From contig NC_022359.1 in assembly GCF_000354175.2 (NCBI RefSeq), forward strand, positions 1,320,001 through 1,352,000: a DNA stretch of 32,000 nt, given 5' to 3'. Below the pieces are notes generated by a model. It was given only the letters and a program-made list of their open reading frames with translations, searched no databases and was not told the origin of the DNA. Shown here piece by piece: positions 16,925 to 27,338 of the stretch. Position 1 is the stretch's first letter, and every line of letters starts with the position of its first letter. The DNA is from Vibrio alginolyticus NBRC 15630 = ATCC 17749. Its GTDB lineage: Bacteria; Pseudomonadota; Gammaproteobacteria; Enterobacterales; Vibrionaceae. The translations under genes were made by a program, and so were the position numbers.

Positions 16925-17137
16925 ATGGATAAGCTACTCGCGTCTGCATTAGAAATTAAGCAGCGAACTATGGTGACTGGCTTTTTTGCTAGAAATGGAT
17001 TCAAAATCGCTATGACCGATTTTGATGATGTCACTTTTGAGCGAGAAGGCGTGCAAGTTAACGTACATTTTGATCTGCAGTCAAACGCGGAGTCTGCATC
17101 TGTTTTATCTCATGAGGCATCAATCATTCCTGGCTAA
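16925..17137 (+). CDS. Hypothetical small protein (70 aa)
   Basis: AAGGAG lies 6 nt before the ATG, and a clean terminator follows the gene. Confidence 0.5.
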   Translation: MDKLLASALEIKQRTMVTGFFARNGFKIAMTDFDDVTFEREGVQVNVHFDLQSNAESASVLSHEASIIPG

Positions 17138-17162
17138 AAACTTTTATTCTCACCGATATACC

Positions 17163-17190
17163 AAGCCGAACGTTTATGTTCGGCTTTTTA
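17163..17190 (+). terminator. Rho-independent terminator
   Basis: AAGCCGAAC-gtttat-GTTCGGCTT followed by TTTT. Confidence 0.75.
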
Positions 17191-17228
17191 GTGACAAAAA
17201 AATGATGAGTGCGAACAAGAGTTGTCGA

Positions 17229-17621
17229 TCACTCATCTAAATAGACGATTAATAAATCAGCTTCAACCTCGTTCACAACCTTTGGTATCGATGAAAAAAA
17301 GCTACTCAATAAGTTGTGATGATGGCCACAGACAACTAAATCTATCCCCTCTTTTTTGACGATTCCCGATAGTTTTATATGAAGATCGCCGATTACTACC
17401 ATGGTCTCGTTTACTGGGTATAAGCATTTATCAGCGAGCTCTTGCAGCCTTCTTTCCAATTCTTGCTCTTCCTTCGCTTCCATGACTATCCGATCAACAT
17501 CTACGTAAACAAATGAGAGTTTGCTGCTTGAGTTATCTGCTTGCATTATTGCTTTTTCGATAACGGCTTGGCTAGATTTAGATAAGTCGACAGCAACCAA
17601 AACGTGCTTGTAACCCATCAT
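17229..17621 (-). CDS. uspA: Universal stress protein (UspA family)
   Basis: YKHVLVAVDLS at the N-terminus and VVCGHHHN...ADLLIV near the C-terminus fit the Usp fold. Confidence 0.8.
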   Translation of the reverse strand: MMGYKHVLVAVDLSKSSQAVIEKAIMQADNSSSKLSFVYVDVDRIVMEAKEEQELERRLQELADKCLYPVNETMVVIGDLHIKLSGIVKKEGIDLVVCGHHHNLLSSFFSSIPKVVNEVEADLLIVYLDE

Positions 17622-18460
17622 TCCTCCCTTGGTTAGTTTTTGTTCTCATATTAAGTCTAGTCCACATAGAGCGAACACAACATCAAAACTACTGCTACAT
17701 GATAGTTAAAGGAGTTTAGTGTAAAACAGGCAAATAGTTTTCATTGCAACCTTGTTGCTTCCTCTCATCCAAAGATCAACGATGTTTTTCCAATTTCTTC
17801 TCTAATTATCGGACGGACTATTTAACAGGAAGGATGCCAGGAAACATTACGTTGTAACACGCGTTACTGCTCTTGATTTCTACTACTCTTGAGGTTTCAT
17901 ATTACCCACTTCAACGTCGCCTAGTTTAGTAAAACTACTTTAGATTAAGCATGCTCAACATGTAACGCTCCGCTCAAATCCAGGAGACGTATTTCGGCTA
18001 AAAAAAGCAGCTCAATAAGATGAACTTCGATTCATCTATCACATATGTCTGCGAGTGCTTACTGTTCTTATATCGCTTATTTAATAACTCTAGTTTAATT
18101 ACCGCTATAAGTTACGGTGTATCTTTTTTATTTTTTCAGCATAATCCTCTGCCTGAGAACGAAGTCCTTTCGCGCTTTGTAATTAAATTACAAGATCAAT
18201 CAAGACCAATATAGTTGACAGATTAAAAGTCCGAGGTAAATAATTGATAATATGGAGTTTAATTTATGAGTTCATTAAGAAATGCCTAATTGCCTGTGCT
18301 ACGCAAACTAAGGTTAACACAATTGGGTAAAATTTTACTAACTCGCTATTTAGTCTTAAAGGCAATTGAACAAGATTAAAATCATATAGGTATAGTAAAT
18401 TTGAGTTACAGCGTAACCAGGGTGGTGTTTGGGAATGTAAAGGAATAGAAAATAGAAAGG

Positions 18461-18486
18461 CAAAAAAAACAGGGCGTATGCCCTGT
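18461..18486 (-). terminator. Rho-independent terminator ending the vxr-like operon
   Basis: The minus strand reads ACAGGGC-atac-GCCCTGT followed by TTTTTTTT. Confidence 0.8.
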
Positions 18487-18497
18487 CCATGAATTGA

Positions 18498-18659
18498 TTA
18501 GTTTTGTTGCTGTTGTTTTTCTGCGTACTCAGATCGAATCCGTTCGGCAACAATTTTGATAGCTTCTGCAGTACTTGTGCCCTTCGCCATCAATTCTTGA
18601 ATTCTCTCTACAGCTTGTTGTTGCTCTTGGTGAGATAGAGGGGGTAAATCGTCAAACAT
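18498..18659 (-). CDS. yoaH: YoaH-like small protein (UPF0181 family, 53 aa)
   Basis: It is absent from the track because it is under 60 aa. Hand translation gives [53 protein letters not shown]. This resembles E. coli YoaH as I remember it (...[20 protein letters not shown]...). Confidence 0.65.
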   Translation of the reverse strand: MFDDLPPLSHQEQQQAVERIQELMAKGTSTAEAIKIVAERIRSEYAEKQQQQN

Positions 18660-18700
18660 AAAAAGCTCCTCATTTTGAGGAGCTGACTATAACGATTCAA

Positions 18701-19822
18701 TCAATAGGTAGCAAGGAAATTAATGGATGCACCCATAGCGTTCTCGTTTGTGTACTGAGCTGCGATATCCAATTCGAACAACTTAAGTGGAGACAACCCG
18801 ATACCAGCAGTAATGGTTCCTTCGTCATTACTTCTAGCTAAGTTCTTCATATACCCTGCCCGTAATGCCATTTGACGCAAAATATCAAATTCAATACCAG
18901 CTCGAATCATTTGCGTATTATCATCAAAGGATGAAAAACGTTTTTCTTCGTTAAGATCGTAGTCAACACTCATCGTAAAGTAATCGGCAACAATCCCTGC
19001 CCCAACGGTGTATACAGGACGCATGCTATATTCGTATGATTTTATCGTATCGCTGCCATATTGGAATGATTTTGTTTTAACGTCTCTTCCGATCAAATTT
19101 TTCGCTGAAATACCGAGACGATATGGGCCAAAGAACCAAAGTGCGCCGGCGTCTAAGTTAAACATCGTTTCCGCGGTCTCATTTTCACGTAAGTCTTTAG
19201 TATCAAAATTCTGAAAACTCGTGGCGTATGAGTATGTGTATATACGCTGAAGTTTAGGAGTAACACCAAAAGAAAGGTGTTGGTTCATGAAATTAGTGTA
19301 TTTAGCAAGTGAAATACCAGCTTCAGCCACGCCAATAGAAACACCTTGTACATAGCTATCATCTAATGGATTAGTACCTGAGGTATCAACATTTGGTTGT
19401 ACGAATGATTCAGTGTATAGCTTACCGTATGCAGTTGCAGATAAGAATTTGTTGGGAATACCAATGGCAACGACACCACCAAGATCAAAGTCTGTCTTTT
19501 TCCCATCGATAGCATCCATCGATTTTTTGATTTCATCGACGTCTGTCAATTTGCTGATGCGTTCGATCTCATCAACTAGATCATATTGATCATCGTAGCT
19601 GCCACCAAAACTTGGCACGATCATGCCTGCATCGTCATTTCGGCGATAAATCGCAGTAAGAGCAGGGTTGAAAAAAGGCGCAGTTAGATAAGTTGCTGAT
19701 ACGGTACCAACGCCACCCATTGCATCACTACGAGCCTCTATCGCATAAGTAGCAGCAGAAGCAGCATTAGCGAAAAGAATAGTAGCAACAGAAGTGGCAA
19801 GAATTTTATATTTGTTTTTCAT
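18701..19822 (-). CDS. Outer-membrane beta-barrel protein (TraF-like fold), in the vxrD position
   Basis: Signal peptide MKNKYKILATSVATILFANAASA, alternating beta-strand-like sequence and a C-terminal aromatic residue (..NFLATY). Confidence 0.6.
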   Translation of the reverse strand: MKNKYKILATSVATILFANAASAATYAIEARSDAMGGVGTVSATYLTAPFFNPALTAIYRRNDDAGMIVPSFGGSYDDQYDLVDEIERISKLTDVDEIKKSMDAIDGKKTDFDLGGVVAIGIPNKFLSATAYGKLYTESFVQPNVDTSGTNPLDDSYVQGVSIGVAEAGISLAKYTNFMNQHLSFGVTPKLQRIYTYSYATSFQNFDTKDLRENETAETMFNLDAGALWFFGPYRLGISAKNLIGRDVKTKSFQYGSDTIKSYEYSMRPVYTVGAGIVADYFTMSVDYDLNEEKRFSSFDDNTQMIRAGIEFDILRQMALRAGYMKNLARSNDEGTITAGIGLSPLKLFELDIAAQYTNENAMGASINFLATY

Positions 19823-19882
19823 ACTACACTTGTGATTTTAGTTCGTCCTGAACCTTTATCGGCACAAGTAGTATTTCTTTAA

Positions 19883-20764
19883 CTATTCTTCCTGGGAAAG
19901 ATCATAGGTTCGGCTAATAGTTTGAGCCTGCTCAACAATTATATCGCCCTGCCAACGGCGACTATTGATACTTACCGCCAATACGTATCTATCGTTTGGG
20001 ACACCCGCTAGCTCCAATGAATTTGGATAGTTAGACTCGTAAGTCTTTTTCCACATTTGCTCGTACTGGCCATCAATGTAGTCATACAAACCGACTTCAA
20101 GTTGCGGTAATGGACAATGGGGATTACGAAGTGCGCTCTTTTCTACTTTCCAATTCTCTTTAGATGTCCAACGAACATATTGAGAAGAGTTTGAATCTCC
20201 AAGTATTACCCAAGTTCGATACTCTTGTTTATCAGTAGAAACAACGGTTAAGTGATATAAACCAGCTTCAAGTTTACCTGTTAAGTTATAGCGTTTCGAG
20301 TAGCTACGCTCGTTGGCAAGTTCTGTCCCGCTCGGCTGTTGTTCATAGCTGAATGAACTGTCCGCGGATATAGAATCATCCACCCATCGATTAAATGAAA
20401 TATTTTCGATGTCAGTTGTAGCTCTTAGCTTGATCACCAATCTAAATGTATCTCGCCCAGGGCTTTGAATAGTCTGACGAATAACGTTCACACCACTTAT
20501 CCAATCAGGCAGCGTTACACCAGTGAGAGCCTTGCCACAGTTTTTAGATAGTGACTGACCAAGAAGATCATTAAGGTGAGGAGTCAAATCTTTACTTGGT
20601 TCCGTTTGCCAGAGTTCAACAAGAGAGTTGAACATACCCGCAAGATCATCTTCAAGTAAGTGTTGATGTGCCTGTGTTAAAGGCGTGTTAGTTTGAAACC
20701 AGTCCATTGCATGGACTGGTTTCACTAACGCTAATGAGAGAACTACAGGGAGTAGTATTTTCAT
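19883..20764 (-). CDS. Secreted/periplasmic protein of unknown function, in the vxrC position
   Basis: Signal peptide MKILLPVVLSLALVKPVHA. It lies 6 nt downstream of the response-regulator stop. Confidence 0.55.
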   Translation of the reverse strand: MKILLPVVLSLALVKPVHAMDWFQTNTPLTQAHQHLLEDDLAGMFNSLVELWQTEPSKDLTPHLNDLLGQSLSKNCGKALTGVTLPDWISGVNVIRQTIQSPGRDTFRLVIKLRATTDIENISFNRWVDDSISADSSFSYEQQPSGTELANERSYSKRYNLTGKLEAGLYHLTVVSTDKQEYRTWVILGDSNSSQYVRWTSKENWKVEKSALRNPHCPLPQLEVGLYDYIDGQYEQMWKKTYESNYPNSLELAGVPNDRYVLAVSINSRRWQGDIIVEQAQTISRTYDLSQEE

Positions 20765-20770
20765 TACGAC

Positions 20771-21433
20771 TTATGCTTTCATCTTGTAGCCAACACCACG
20801 AAGTGTTTCAATTTCCAGTCCTGGCAGTTTTTGACGAAGCTGTAGTACATGTGTATCAACCGTACGTGTTGTCGGGAAGTGATTGTAACCCCAAACGTGG
20901 TCAAGTAGCTCATCACGAGTAAACACGCGACCTAAGTTTGACGCCAAAAATAGCAGCAAATCAAACTCTGTTCGAGTAAGCGTAATTAGCTCGTCTTTAT
21001 AAGTCACTTCACGAGTCGAGCGGTCAATCTCTAAGTCTTTTGTAATCACTTTATCAGCGTTGCTTTGTTCTGCTGAATCCGGTGCTCGTAGCTGTGCACG
21101 GATTCTCGCAAAAAGCTCCGCCTCAGCAAAAGGCTTTGTTAAGTAGTCGTTCGCGCCGGAATCAAGGCCTGCAACTTTATCTTTTACGGTAACAAGTGCC
21201 GTTAACAAGATAACTGGTACGTCTTTAATCTGTTTCCATTCTGGGAGACATTGTACAGAGTCACCATCTGGGAGTTGGCGATCGAGAATTACCAAGTCAG
21301 CTTTTTTCCATTGTGGCTCTACGTCTGCAATACGCTCCACATGTAAACACTCATATCCTGCTTGTTCCAGGCTTACTAACAGGCCGTCAGCCAAGTTTTT
21401 ATCGTCCTCAACGAGAAGCAGTGTCTGTTTCAC
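20771..21433 (-). CDS. vxrB: OmpR/PhoB-family response regulator (VxrB/VbrR-like)
   Basis: The receiver domain carries LLLVEDD, LVILD and the conserved K in YLTKPF. The winged-helix output domain ends in LRGVGYKM. The gene overlaps the kinase gene by 26 nt. Confidence 0.7.
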   Translation of the reverse strand: MKQTLLLVEDDKNLADGLLVSLEQAGYECLHVERIADVEPQWKKADLVILDRQLPDGDSVQCLPEWKQIKDVPVILLTALVTVKDKVAGLDSGANDYLTKPFAEAELFARIRAQLRAPDSAEQSNADKVITKDLEIDRSTREVTYKDELITLTRTEFDLLLFLASNLGRVFTRDELLDHVWGYNHFPTTRTVDTHVLQLRQKLPGLEIETLRGVGYKMKA

Positions 21434-22892
21434 AAGGTATCTCCAATATAAAAGTTGTAGGTGGTCCCATTAAGGACATTTTTCCGCCCATGCGGCCTAC
21501 CATAGATTCAACGATTGTTAATCCAAGTCCTAACCCGCTCTTACTTACGAACGGTTTCTTCAAATTTGCCCAATCTTTAGCCGTTAGGCCTCCTGCATCT
21601 CGGACTTGGAATACTATTTTTTCTTCACTAGTTGAGACATCCAATTCAACCGGTGCGACACCGTACTTAAGCGCATTACGAAGCAAGTTATCGATACAAG
21701 TTCCTAACCAGTACACATTAACTTTAGCAGCCACATCTTCATTGATGTTAAAAAGCACGGCACTATCAAATTCTTCTTCGATCTTAAATTCTAACCAATC
21801 TGCAACGGATGGTACCCAGTCTGTTGCAAGCATTTGGTTATCAGATTGCAAATAATCTTTACTTGCTTCTGCCAATTGACGCAGGCGGCGCGTATCTTCA
21901 CACAATCTGCGGAATTCGTCATACACACTTTCAGGCAAATGCTCGAACTCTCGACGAAAGCCTTCAACCGTTAGTGACAGAGATGCAATCGGTGTTCTGA
22001 GCTCATGCGTTAAAATTTGCAACACGAGCATTCTACTACGTAGTTCTTCTCGCTTGCTATTCCAACGGTACACCGCCCAACCAATCACCAAAAGAATATT
22101 GGCGATTACCAGTATGATCATACTGATCCGCAAAACTTGCGAGTGATCTTCTACATCCCAACAAATATTGCCTCGTTTAACAAAGCAACTTTTGCTTTGA
22201 GAGGCTAGAGCGTATGACAGACCCGCATTCGCTACGTTCTCTTGCCAGATATCTTTCTCGAAAACAAAGTAACGGTCACCACGTCTTAGCCAAAGTTCGT
22301 TACCTTCAATAAACATGCTCGCGCCTGCAATCAAAGCATTAATGGCGTCGTCATCCATGTTTTTCAAGCTTTCTAGCAACTCATCCCCTTCCTCGTTATC
22401 ACGCTCTTTTATATGCATGTACTGAGATAGTTTGGGTTTGAGTTCTGGATACTTATTCACATAACGTGCCGCGTACGTCCCACCACCAGGGTGAATGAGA
22501 CCACTACGCGAGAACCAACGAGGTGTCAGCTGCGTCCCTTTACAAATCGCTCTTGTAAATACTAAAGGCTCAGTAATTAAAGGACTTAATGGTAATTTGC
22601 CACGACAAGTATTCGCCAAGCTGTAAAGCTGTTGGATATCTTTTAACGGATAGTCAGACGTTTGCGGCAGAAGCGAATCTGGCGCAAGTAACTTGGTAGG
22701 ATAATTTGATTGCAGAATACGAATATCGTACGACTTAAGAGCTACTTCATAGTTAAATAGCTCTGTAAACGTATCTATTCTTTCTGGTAGTGAATCGGAA
22801 AATGCAGGTGCCGAAAAAAGCGGCAATACAGTTGCAAAACCGAGCAAAAACTTTTTAATCAAACTGTTACCGTCACTTGTTACATTAGCCAA
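21408..22892 (-). CDS. vxrA: Sensor histidine kinase with a large periplasmic domain (VxrA/VbrK-like)
   Basis: An N-terminal hydrophobic segment, a periplasmic region of about 240 aa and a second TM (ISMIILVIANILLVIGWAVY) precede the H-box LTHELRTPIASL and an HATPase region (GLGLGLTIV). No ATG lies near the 5' end, so the start is TTG 22892 or TTG 22862. Confidence 0.7.
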   Translation of the reverse strand: MANVTSDGNSLIKKFLLGFATVLPLFSAPAFSDSLPERIDTFTELFNYEVALKSYDIRILQSNYPTKLLAPDSLLPQTSDYPLKDIQQLYSLANTCRGKLPLSPLITEPLVFTRAICKGTQLTPRWFSRSGLIHPGGGTYAARYVNKYPELKPKLSQYMHIKERDNEEGDELLESLKNMDDDAINALIAGASMFIEGNELWLRRGDRYFVFEKDIWQENVANAGLSYALASQSKSCFVKRGNICWDVEDHSQVLRISMIILVIANILLVIGWAVYRWNSKREELRSRMLVLQILTHELRTPIASLSLTVEGFRREFEHLPESVYDEFRRLCEDTRRLRQLAEASKDYLQSDNQMLATDWVPSVADWLEFKIEEEFDSAVLFNINEDVAAKVNVYWLGTCIDNLLRNALKYGVAPVELDVSTSEEKIVFQVRDAGGLTAKDWANLKKPFVSKSGLGLGLTIVESMVGRMGGKMSLMGPPTTFILEIPCETDTASR

Positions 22893-23017
22893 AACTATAC
22901 ATCAATCTACAAGCAATTGACATCTGCTAACAGAAGGATTTGCATTACTATAACATTGAAACGGAACAAAAAAGGGCCAGCGATTGCTGACCCTGTATAG
23001 TTTTAAATCAAGAATGG

Positions 23018-24394
23018 TTAAAGTGCTTTAAAAATAGACTCAACACTTTCTTTCGCATCACCAAATAGCATTGATGTATTTTCTTTGAAGAACAGTGGGT
23101 TCTGTACTCCTGCGTAACCAGTGTTCATTGAGCGCTTGAATACCACTACGTTTTTCGCGTTCCATACCTCCAATACGGGCATACCAGCGATTGGGCTGTT
23201 CGGATCTTCCAGTGCGGCTGGGTTGACCGTATCGTTAGCACCGATAACCAATACGGTATCGGTTTCTGCAAAGTCATCATTGATTTCATCCATTTCAAGA
23301 ACGATATCATACGGTACTTTTGCTTCAGCGAGTAACACATTCATATGCCCCGGTAGACGACCCGCTACTGGGTGAATCCCAAAGCGAACTTCAATACCTT
23401 GTGAACGAAGTACATCAGTAATTTCATGAACAGGGTATTGTGCCTGAGCTACTGCCATGCCATATCCTGGAGTGATGATTACTGATTTTGAGTTCTTCAA
23501 CATCTCTGCAACTTCTTCAGCCGTTGTTTCACGATATTCGCCCTGCTCTTCGTCACCTGAAATCACTATCTCTTGACCAAAACCACCGGCAATAACACTG
23601 ATAAACGAACGGTTCATTGCTTTACACATGATGTAAGAAAGAATCGCACCTGATGAACCTACCAAAGCACCTGTTACAATCAATAGATCATTTGCGAGCA
23701 TGAAACCTGCTGCCGCTGCTGCCCAACCTGAGTATGAGTTCAACATAGAGACAACAACTGGCATATCAGCACCACCGATTGAAGCGACTAAATGGTAGCC
23801 GAATGCGAACGCGATCAAAGTCATCACAATAAGAGCGAACATGCTGCCATCTGCTTTTACGAAGTAGATCATAAGAAGCGTAGAAATAACAACCGCTGCG
23901 AGGTTCATTTTGTGCTTATGAGGCAGGTTAAGTGGCGACGAAGAAATCACACCACGCAGCTTACCAAATGCGACAATTGAACCGGTGAAAGTTACGGCAC
24001 CGATGAACACACCCAAGAATACTTCTACAAGGTGGATAACATGCTCAGCATGTGTTGCTGCTTCTGGCGCATCTAGGTAACTGTTGTAGCCAACTAAAAC
24101 CGCAGCTAAACCTACAAAGCTGTGTAGAATCGCAACCAGTTCTGGCATCTCGGTCATTTCTACTTTCTTCGCATAGAAAATACCGATCGCACCACCTATC
24201 GCCATCGCGATAATGATCCAACCAAAACCTTGCGCATCTGGGCTAAAGATCGTCGCTATCAGCGCGATCGTCATACCAGCGATACCGTAGTAGTTACCAT
24301 TACGAGCAGACTCTTGCTTTGAAAGTCCCGCCAAACTCATGATGAAAAATAATGCAGCAACAATGTAAGCTGCTTGTACTAATCCTGCAGACAT
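23018..24394 (-). CDS. pntB: NAD(P) transhydrogenase subunit beta
   Basis: 458 aa. A multi-TM N-terminal half is followed by a C-terminal dIII domain ([10 protein letters not shown]...[18 protein letters not shown]). Confidence 0.9.
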   Translation of the reverse strand: MSAGLVQAAYIVAALFFIMSLAGLSKQESARNGNYYGIAGMTIALIATIFSPDAQGFGWIIIAMAIGGAIGIFYAKKVEMTEMPELVAILHSFVGLAAVLVGYNSYLDAPEAATHAEHVIHLVEVFLGVFIGAVTFTGSIVAFGKLRGVISSSPLNLPHKHKMNLAAVVISTLLMIYFVKADGSMFALIVMTLIAFAFGYHLVASIGGADMPVVVSMLNSYSGWAAAAAGFMLANDLLIVTGALVGSSGAILSYIMCKAMNRSFISVIAGGFGQEIVISGDEEQGEYRETTAEEVAEMLKNSKSVIITPGYGMAVAQAQYPVHEITDVLRSQGIEVRFGIHPVAGRLPGHMNVLLAEAKVPYDIVLEMDEINDDFAETDTVLVIGANDTVNPAALEDPNSPIAGMPVLEVWNAKNVVVFKRSMNTGYAGVQNPLFFKENTSMLFGDAKESVESIFKAL

Positions 24395-24402
24395 TGTGAC
24401 TC

Positions 24403-25959
24403 CTATTTATCTTTGCGGAACATTTCAAGCATACGCTTGGTGACGGTGAAACCACCGAAGATATTGATACTCGCGATCAATACGGCAATAAAAGATAGGA
24501 ATGAAACGACGCCATTACCTTGTCCAATTTGCAGTAATGCACCAACGACAATAATGCCAGAGATAGCATTCGTTACTGACATTAGTGGAGTATGAAGTGC
24601 ATGGGTAACATTCCATACTACGTAGTATCCGACAACACACGCTAGAACAAATACAGTAAAGTGAGAAAGAAACGCTGCCGGAGCAACCGATGCAACCCAT
24701 GCAAAGGCTCCAACAGCCGCTGCCACACCAATAATTTTCTTCGTTGGAGACGTAGGTTCTTCTACTTTAGGCTCTGGCTTCGCAGGCTGTTCTTGTTTCA
24801 CTTGCAGCTGAGCTGAAACCTGAATTGGTGGCGCTGGCCAAGTAACTTCACCTTCTTTCACCACGGTAACGCCACGGATAACAACATCTTCAAAATCAAT
24901 ATTGATGTTGCCATCTTTCTCTTTACACAGCAGTTTTAGAAGGTTAACAAGGTTTGTCGCGTAAAGCTGAGAAGATTGTGTAGGCAAACGACCAACCATG
25001 TCAGTGTAACCAACAATTTTTACCCCGTTATCCGTCATGATAACTTGGTCTTTCACTGTATATTCACAGTTACCGCCATTAGCGGCTGCCAAGTCAACAA
25101 TTACACTGCCCGCTTTCATGCTGTCGACCATTTCTTTGGTGATCAACTTCGGCGCAGGTTTACCAGGGATGAGCGCGGTCGTAATAATGATATCAACATC
25201 TTTAGCTTGCTCTGCGTATAATTCTGCCGCTTTTTTGTTGAAGTCATCAGACATTTCTTTTGCGTAGCCATCCCCAGAGCCTGACTCTTCTTGAAAGTCA
25301 ACGGTCAGGAACTCAGCGCCCATCGATTCAACTTGCTCTTTTACTTCTGGGCGGACGTCAAACGCACGGACAATGGCACCTAAGCTACCTGCAGCACCGA
25401 TAGCCGCCAAGCCAGCGACGCCAGCACCCGCAACCAATACTTTCGCTGGAGGTACTTTACCGGCAGCCGTAATTTGACCTGTAAAGAAACGACCAAACTC
25501 ATGAGCTGCCTCAACCACTGCACGATAACCAGCGATATTAGCCATCGAAGATAGCGCGTCTAAGGCTTGTGCACGTGAGATACGAGGAACGGAATCCATG
25601 GCAAGAACGTTAATGTTCTTACTTGAAAGTTGTTCCATCAACTCAGCATTTTGAGCCGGCCAAATAAAGCTAACCAGTGTTGATCCATCTTGCAGTAACG
25701 CAATTTCGTCAATGCCTTGCTCATCATCCACAATTGGCGCATTAACTTTTAAAATAAGGCCAGATGCCCAAACTTCTTCACTAGAAACGATTTTCGCACC
25801 AGCTGCTTCATAAGCGGCATCATCGAAACTCGCTAGCACCCCCGCTTGGGATTCAATCGCGACATCGAATCCCAATTTTATTAACTGCTCAACCGACTTC
25901 GGCGATGCAGCCACTCGCGATTCACCCGCGAGTATCTCTTTAGGTACACCGATTTGCAA
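24403..25959 (-). CDS. pntA: NAD(P) transhydrogenase subunit alpha
   Basis: [30 protein letters not shown] matches the PntA N-terminus. I moved the start to TTG 25959, which has AAGGAG 7 nt upstream. The track's ATG 25986 would add 9 unsupported residues. Confidence 0.9.
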   Translation of the reverse strand: MQIGVPKEILAGESRVAASPKSVEQLIKLGFDVAIESQAGVLASFDDAAYEAAGAKIVSSEEVWASGLILKVNAPIVDDEQGIDEIALLQDGSTLVSFIWPAQNAELMEQLSSKNINVLAMDSVPRISRAQALDALSSMANIAGYRAVVEAAHEFGRFFTGQITAAGKVPPAKVLVAGAGVAGLAAIGAAGSLGAIVRAFDVRPEVKEQVESMGAEFLTVDFQEESGSGDGYAKEMSDDFNKKAAELYAEQAKDVDIIITTALIPGKPAPKLITKEMVDSMKAGSVIVDLAAANGGNCEYTVKDQVIMTDNGVKIVGYTDMVGRLPTQSSQLYATNLVNLLKLLCKEKDGNINIDFEDVVIRGVTVVKEGEVTWPAPPIQVSAQLQVKQEQPAKPEPKVEEPTSPTKKIIGVAAAVGAFAWVASVAPAAFLSHFTVFVLACVVGYYVVWNVTHALHTPLMSVTNAISGIIVVGALLQIGQGNGVVSFLSFIAVLIASINIFGGFTVTKRMLEMFRKDK

Positions 25960-26320
25960 AACGCATACTCCTTGTATACATATCAATAAATTAGTCCCAA
26001 AACAGAGCGTCGCTCTACTCTAATTCTTTTTTATTTCTATCTGTTTACCACGCAAGACAATTGCAAACGAAAGATGATGTTTGGGGACACCCATTTGCAC
26101 AATAACACCTTGACTAACAGCCCTGTTATTATTCTGTTTGTATCGAACGCGTCTCATTACTTCAAGTGTTTTGTAATTTAAATACTAAATTTCATTACAT
26201 ATAACGCTAAGTAATGAATGATTGTCGCTCTGTGCTCGAAAAATAACAACGCAACACCGTACTAGACTGAGGTCTAACCAGGTAACGATTAAATACTGAC
26301 TTAATAGAGATTTAAGCGTT

Positions 26321-26357
26321 AAAAAGAAAGAACCACTAGCATATACACTAATGGCTC
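26321..26357 (-). terminator. Rho-independent terminator after the 103-aa gene
   Basis: The minus-strand RNA forms GAGCCAUUAG-uguauaug-CUAGUGGUUC (10 bp, two G-U pairs), followed by UUUCUUUUU. Confidence 0.65.
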
Positions 26358-26393
26358 TTTTTAAGATGACTGGAATCAAATTGCAGTAAATTG

Positions 26394-26705
26394 CTAGTCG
26401 AAGATTTTATCGCCCATTTGATCAATAAACATTTGAGATTTCTTCAACATAAGGTCATTGGCATCTTGCTCTGAGCCAAGTAAATCGGAGCGAATAAACC
26501 GATGTGTTTTCACTTCATCATTGTCATGCTTTTCTATTCGACCAGCGATGCGATATTGTCCGCCCTCTGAAAGGCTCTCTGGGTAAATAAAGAAACCTTT
26601 ATACTCAACTGGCTCGATAGTTTTAGCTTCAGCGGTTTTCTCACTACCACCAAACAAACGCGAAAAAAATCCCACGATTCCTCCTTGGGTCAACTCACTA
26701 GTCAA
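26394..26705 (-). CDS. Conserved hypothetical protein (103 aa), co-oriented 11 nt downstream of the ComFB-like gene
   Basis: Its ATG lies 11 nt downstream of the upstream gene's stop and its own terminator follows. I cannot assign a domain. Confidence 0.55.
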   Translation of the reverse strand: MTSELTQGGIVGFFSRLFGGSEKTAEAKTIEPVEYKGFFIYPESLSEGGQYRIAGRIEKHDNDEVKTHRFIRSDLLGSEQDANDLMLKKSQMFIDQMGDKIFD

Positions 26706-26716
26706 CTGAGCGACTC

Positions 26717-27085
26717 TTACTTGATATTAACGTTAAGGATCGGTTTTTCATACCAATCCAACTCTTTGTCATCATCATAACTAGTATGGGAAAAAATTAC
26801 AGGCACATCATACTCTCGGTTCTTACGCCTGTCTTCTTTCACCATTTCTGCGGCGTTTTTCACCGCTACATCCGCGCTTTGCTTAAACTGGCTTAATTTT
26901 TGTTCAGGAAGTGAAGACAAAAAATCAATATCATGACGGATATAGACAGGCTTGAGCTGGATAAGCGCAAGGCAAGCAATATCGGCTAACTGTTCGTTGT
27001 CATACTGTTCTAAAAATTCGGGCAAACTGAGAACCTGGCCTACTAATGTTTCCATGTAATTGTGCACATCTGAGCTTATCTGCAT
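26717..27085 (-). CDS. ComFB-like (late competence development protein ComFB family) protein
   Basis: HNYMETLVGQVL...LADIACLALIQLKPVYI follows the ComFB pattern N-x-E-x-LV...D-x3-ALN-x-LPP-x-Y as I remember it. Confidence 0.55.
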   Translation of the reverse strand: MQISSDVHNYMETLVGQVLSLPEFLEQYDNEQLADIACLALIQLKPVYIRHDIDFLSSLPEQKLSQFKQSADVAVKNAAEMVKEDRRKNREYDVPVIFSHTSYDDDKELDWYEKPILNVNIK

Positions 27086-27338
27086 CTGTAAATCTCCTTT
27101 TTCCTATGAAATGAGTATAGCAACGACTTGTTTATAACAACTTATTGATTGCTCTTAATTTAATCAATCTCTCTCTTTTTGCCGTAATGTCTTCCAAAAT
27201 ACTTGGGAAAAGGAACAAATAGACGTATTCTTGCTAGTTCTCAAAGTTCGAAATTCAATAACGGATAAATATCCATATTGATAAAACGATTTACCTAACC
27301 AATTATATAGTCAACTATTTTCAGGCAGTTTGTAATAG

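Noticed and set aside
17820-17865. ATTTAACAGGA (XerD-arm-like, 9/11) and TAACACGCGTT (XerC-arm-like, 7/11), considered as the ancestral chromosomal dif remnant
   Set aside because: The two halves are 24 nt apart rather than 6-7 nt, so they do not form a site. They are mentioned only as possible debris.
18020-18553. Track ORFs 18020..18214 (+) and 18356..18553 (-)
   Set aside because: Neither has a ribosome-binding site, and both have odd F/L/Y-rich composition. The second overlaps the better-supported yoaH-like gene and its terminator in another frame.
21313-21855. 180-aa ORF on the + strand overlapping the kinase/regulator junction
   Set aside because: It is antisense to two strongly supported genes, and its composition is low-complexity S/L/P-rich, as expected of a shadow frame.
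26185-26379. 64-aa ORF on the minus strand upstream of pntA
   Set aside because: It overlaps the terminator of the 103-aa gene and the pntA promoter/leader region. It has no Shine-Dalgarno sequence and no recognisable domain.
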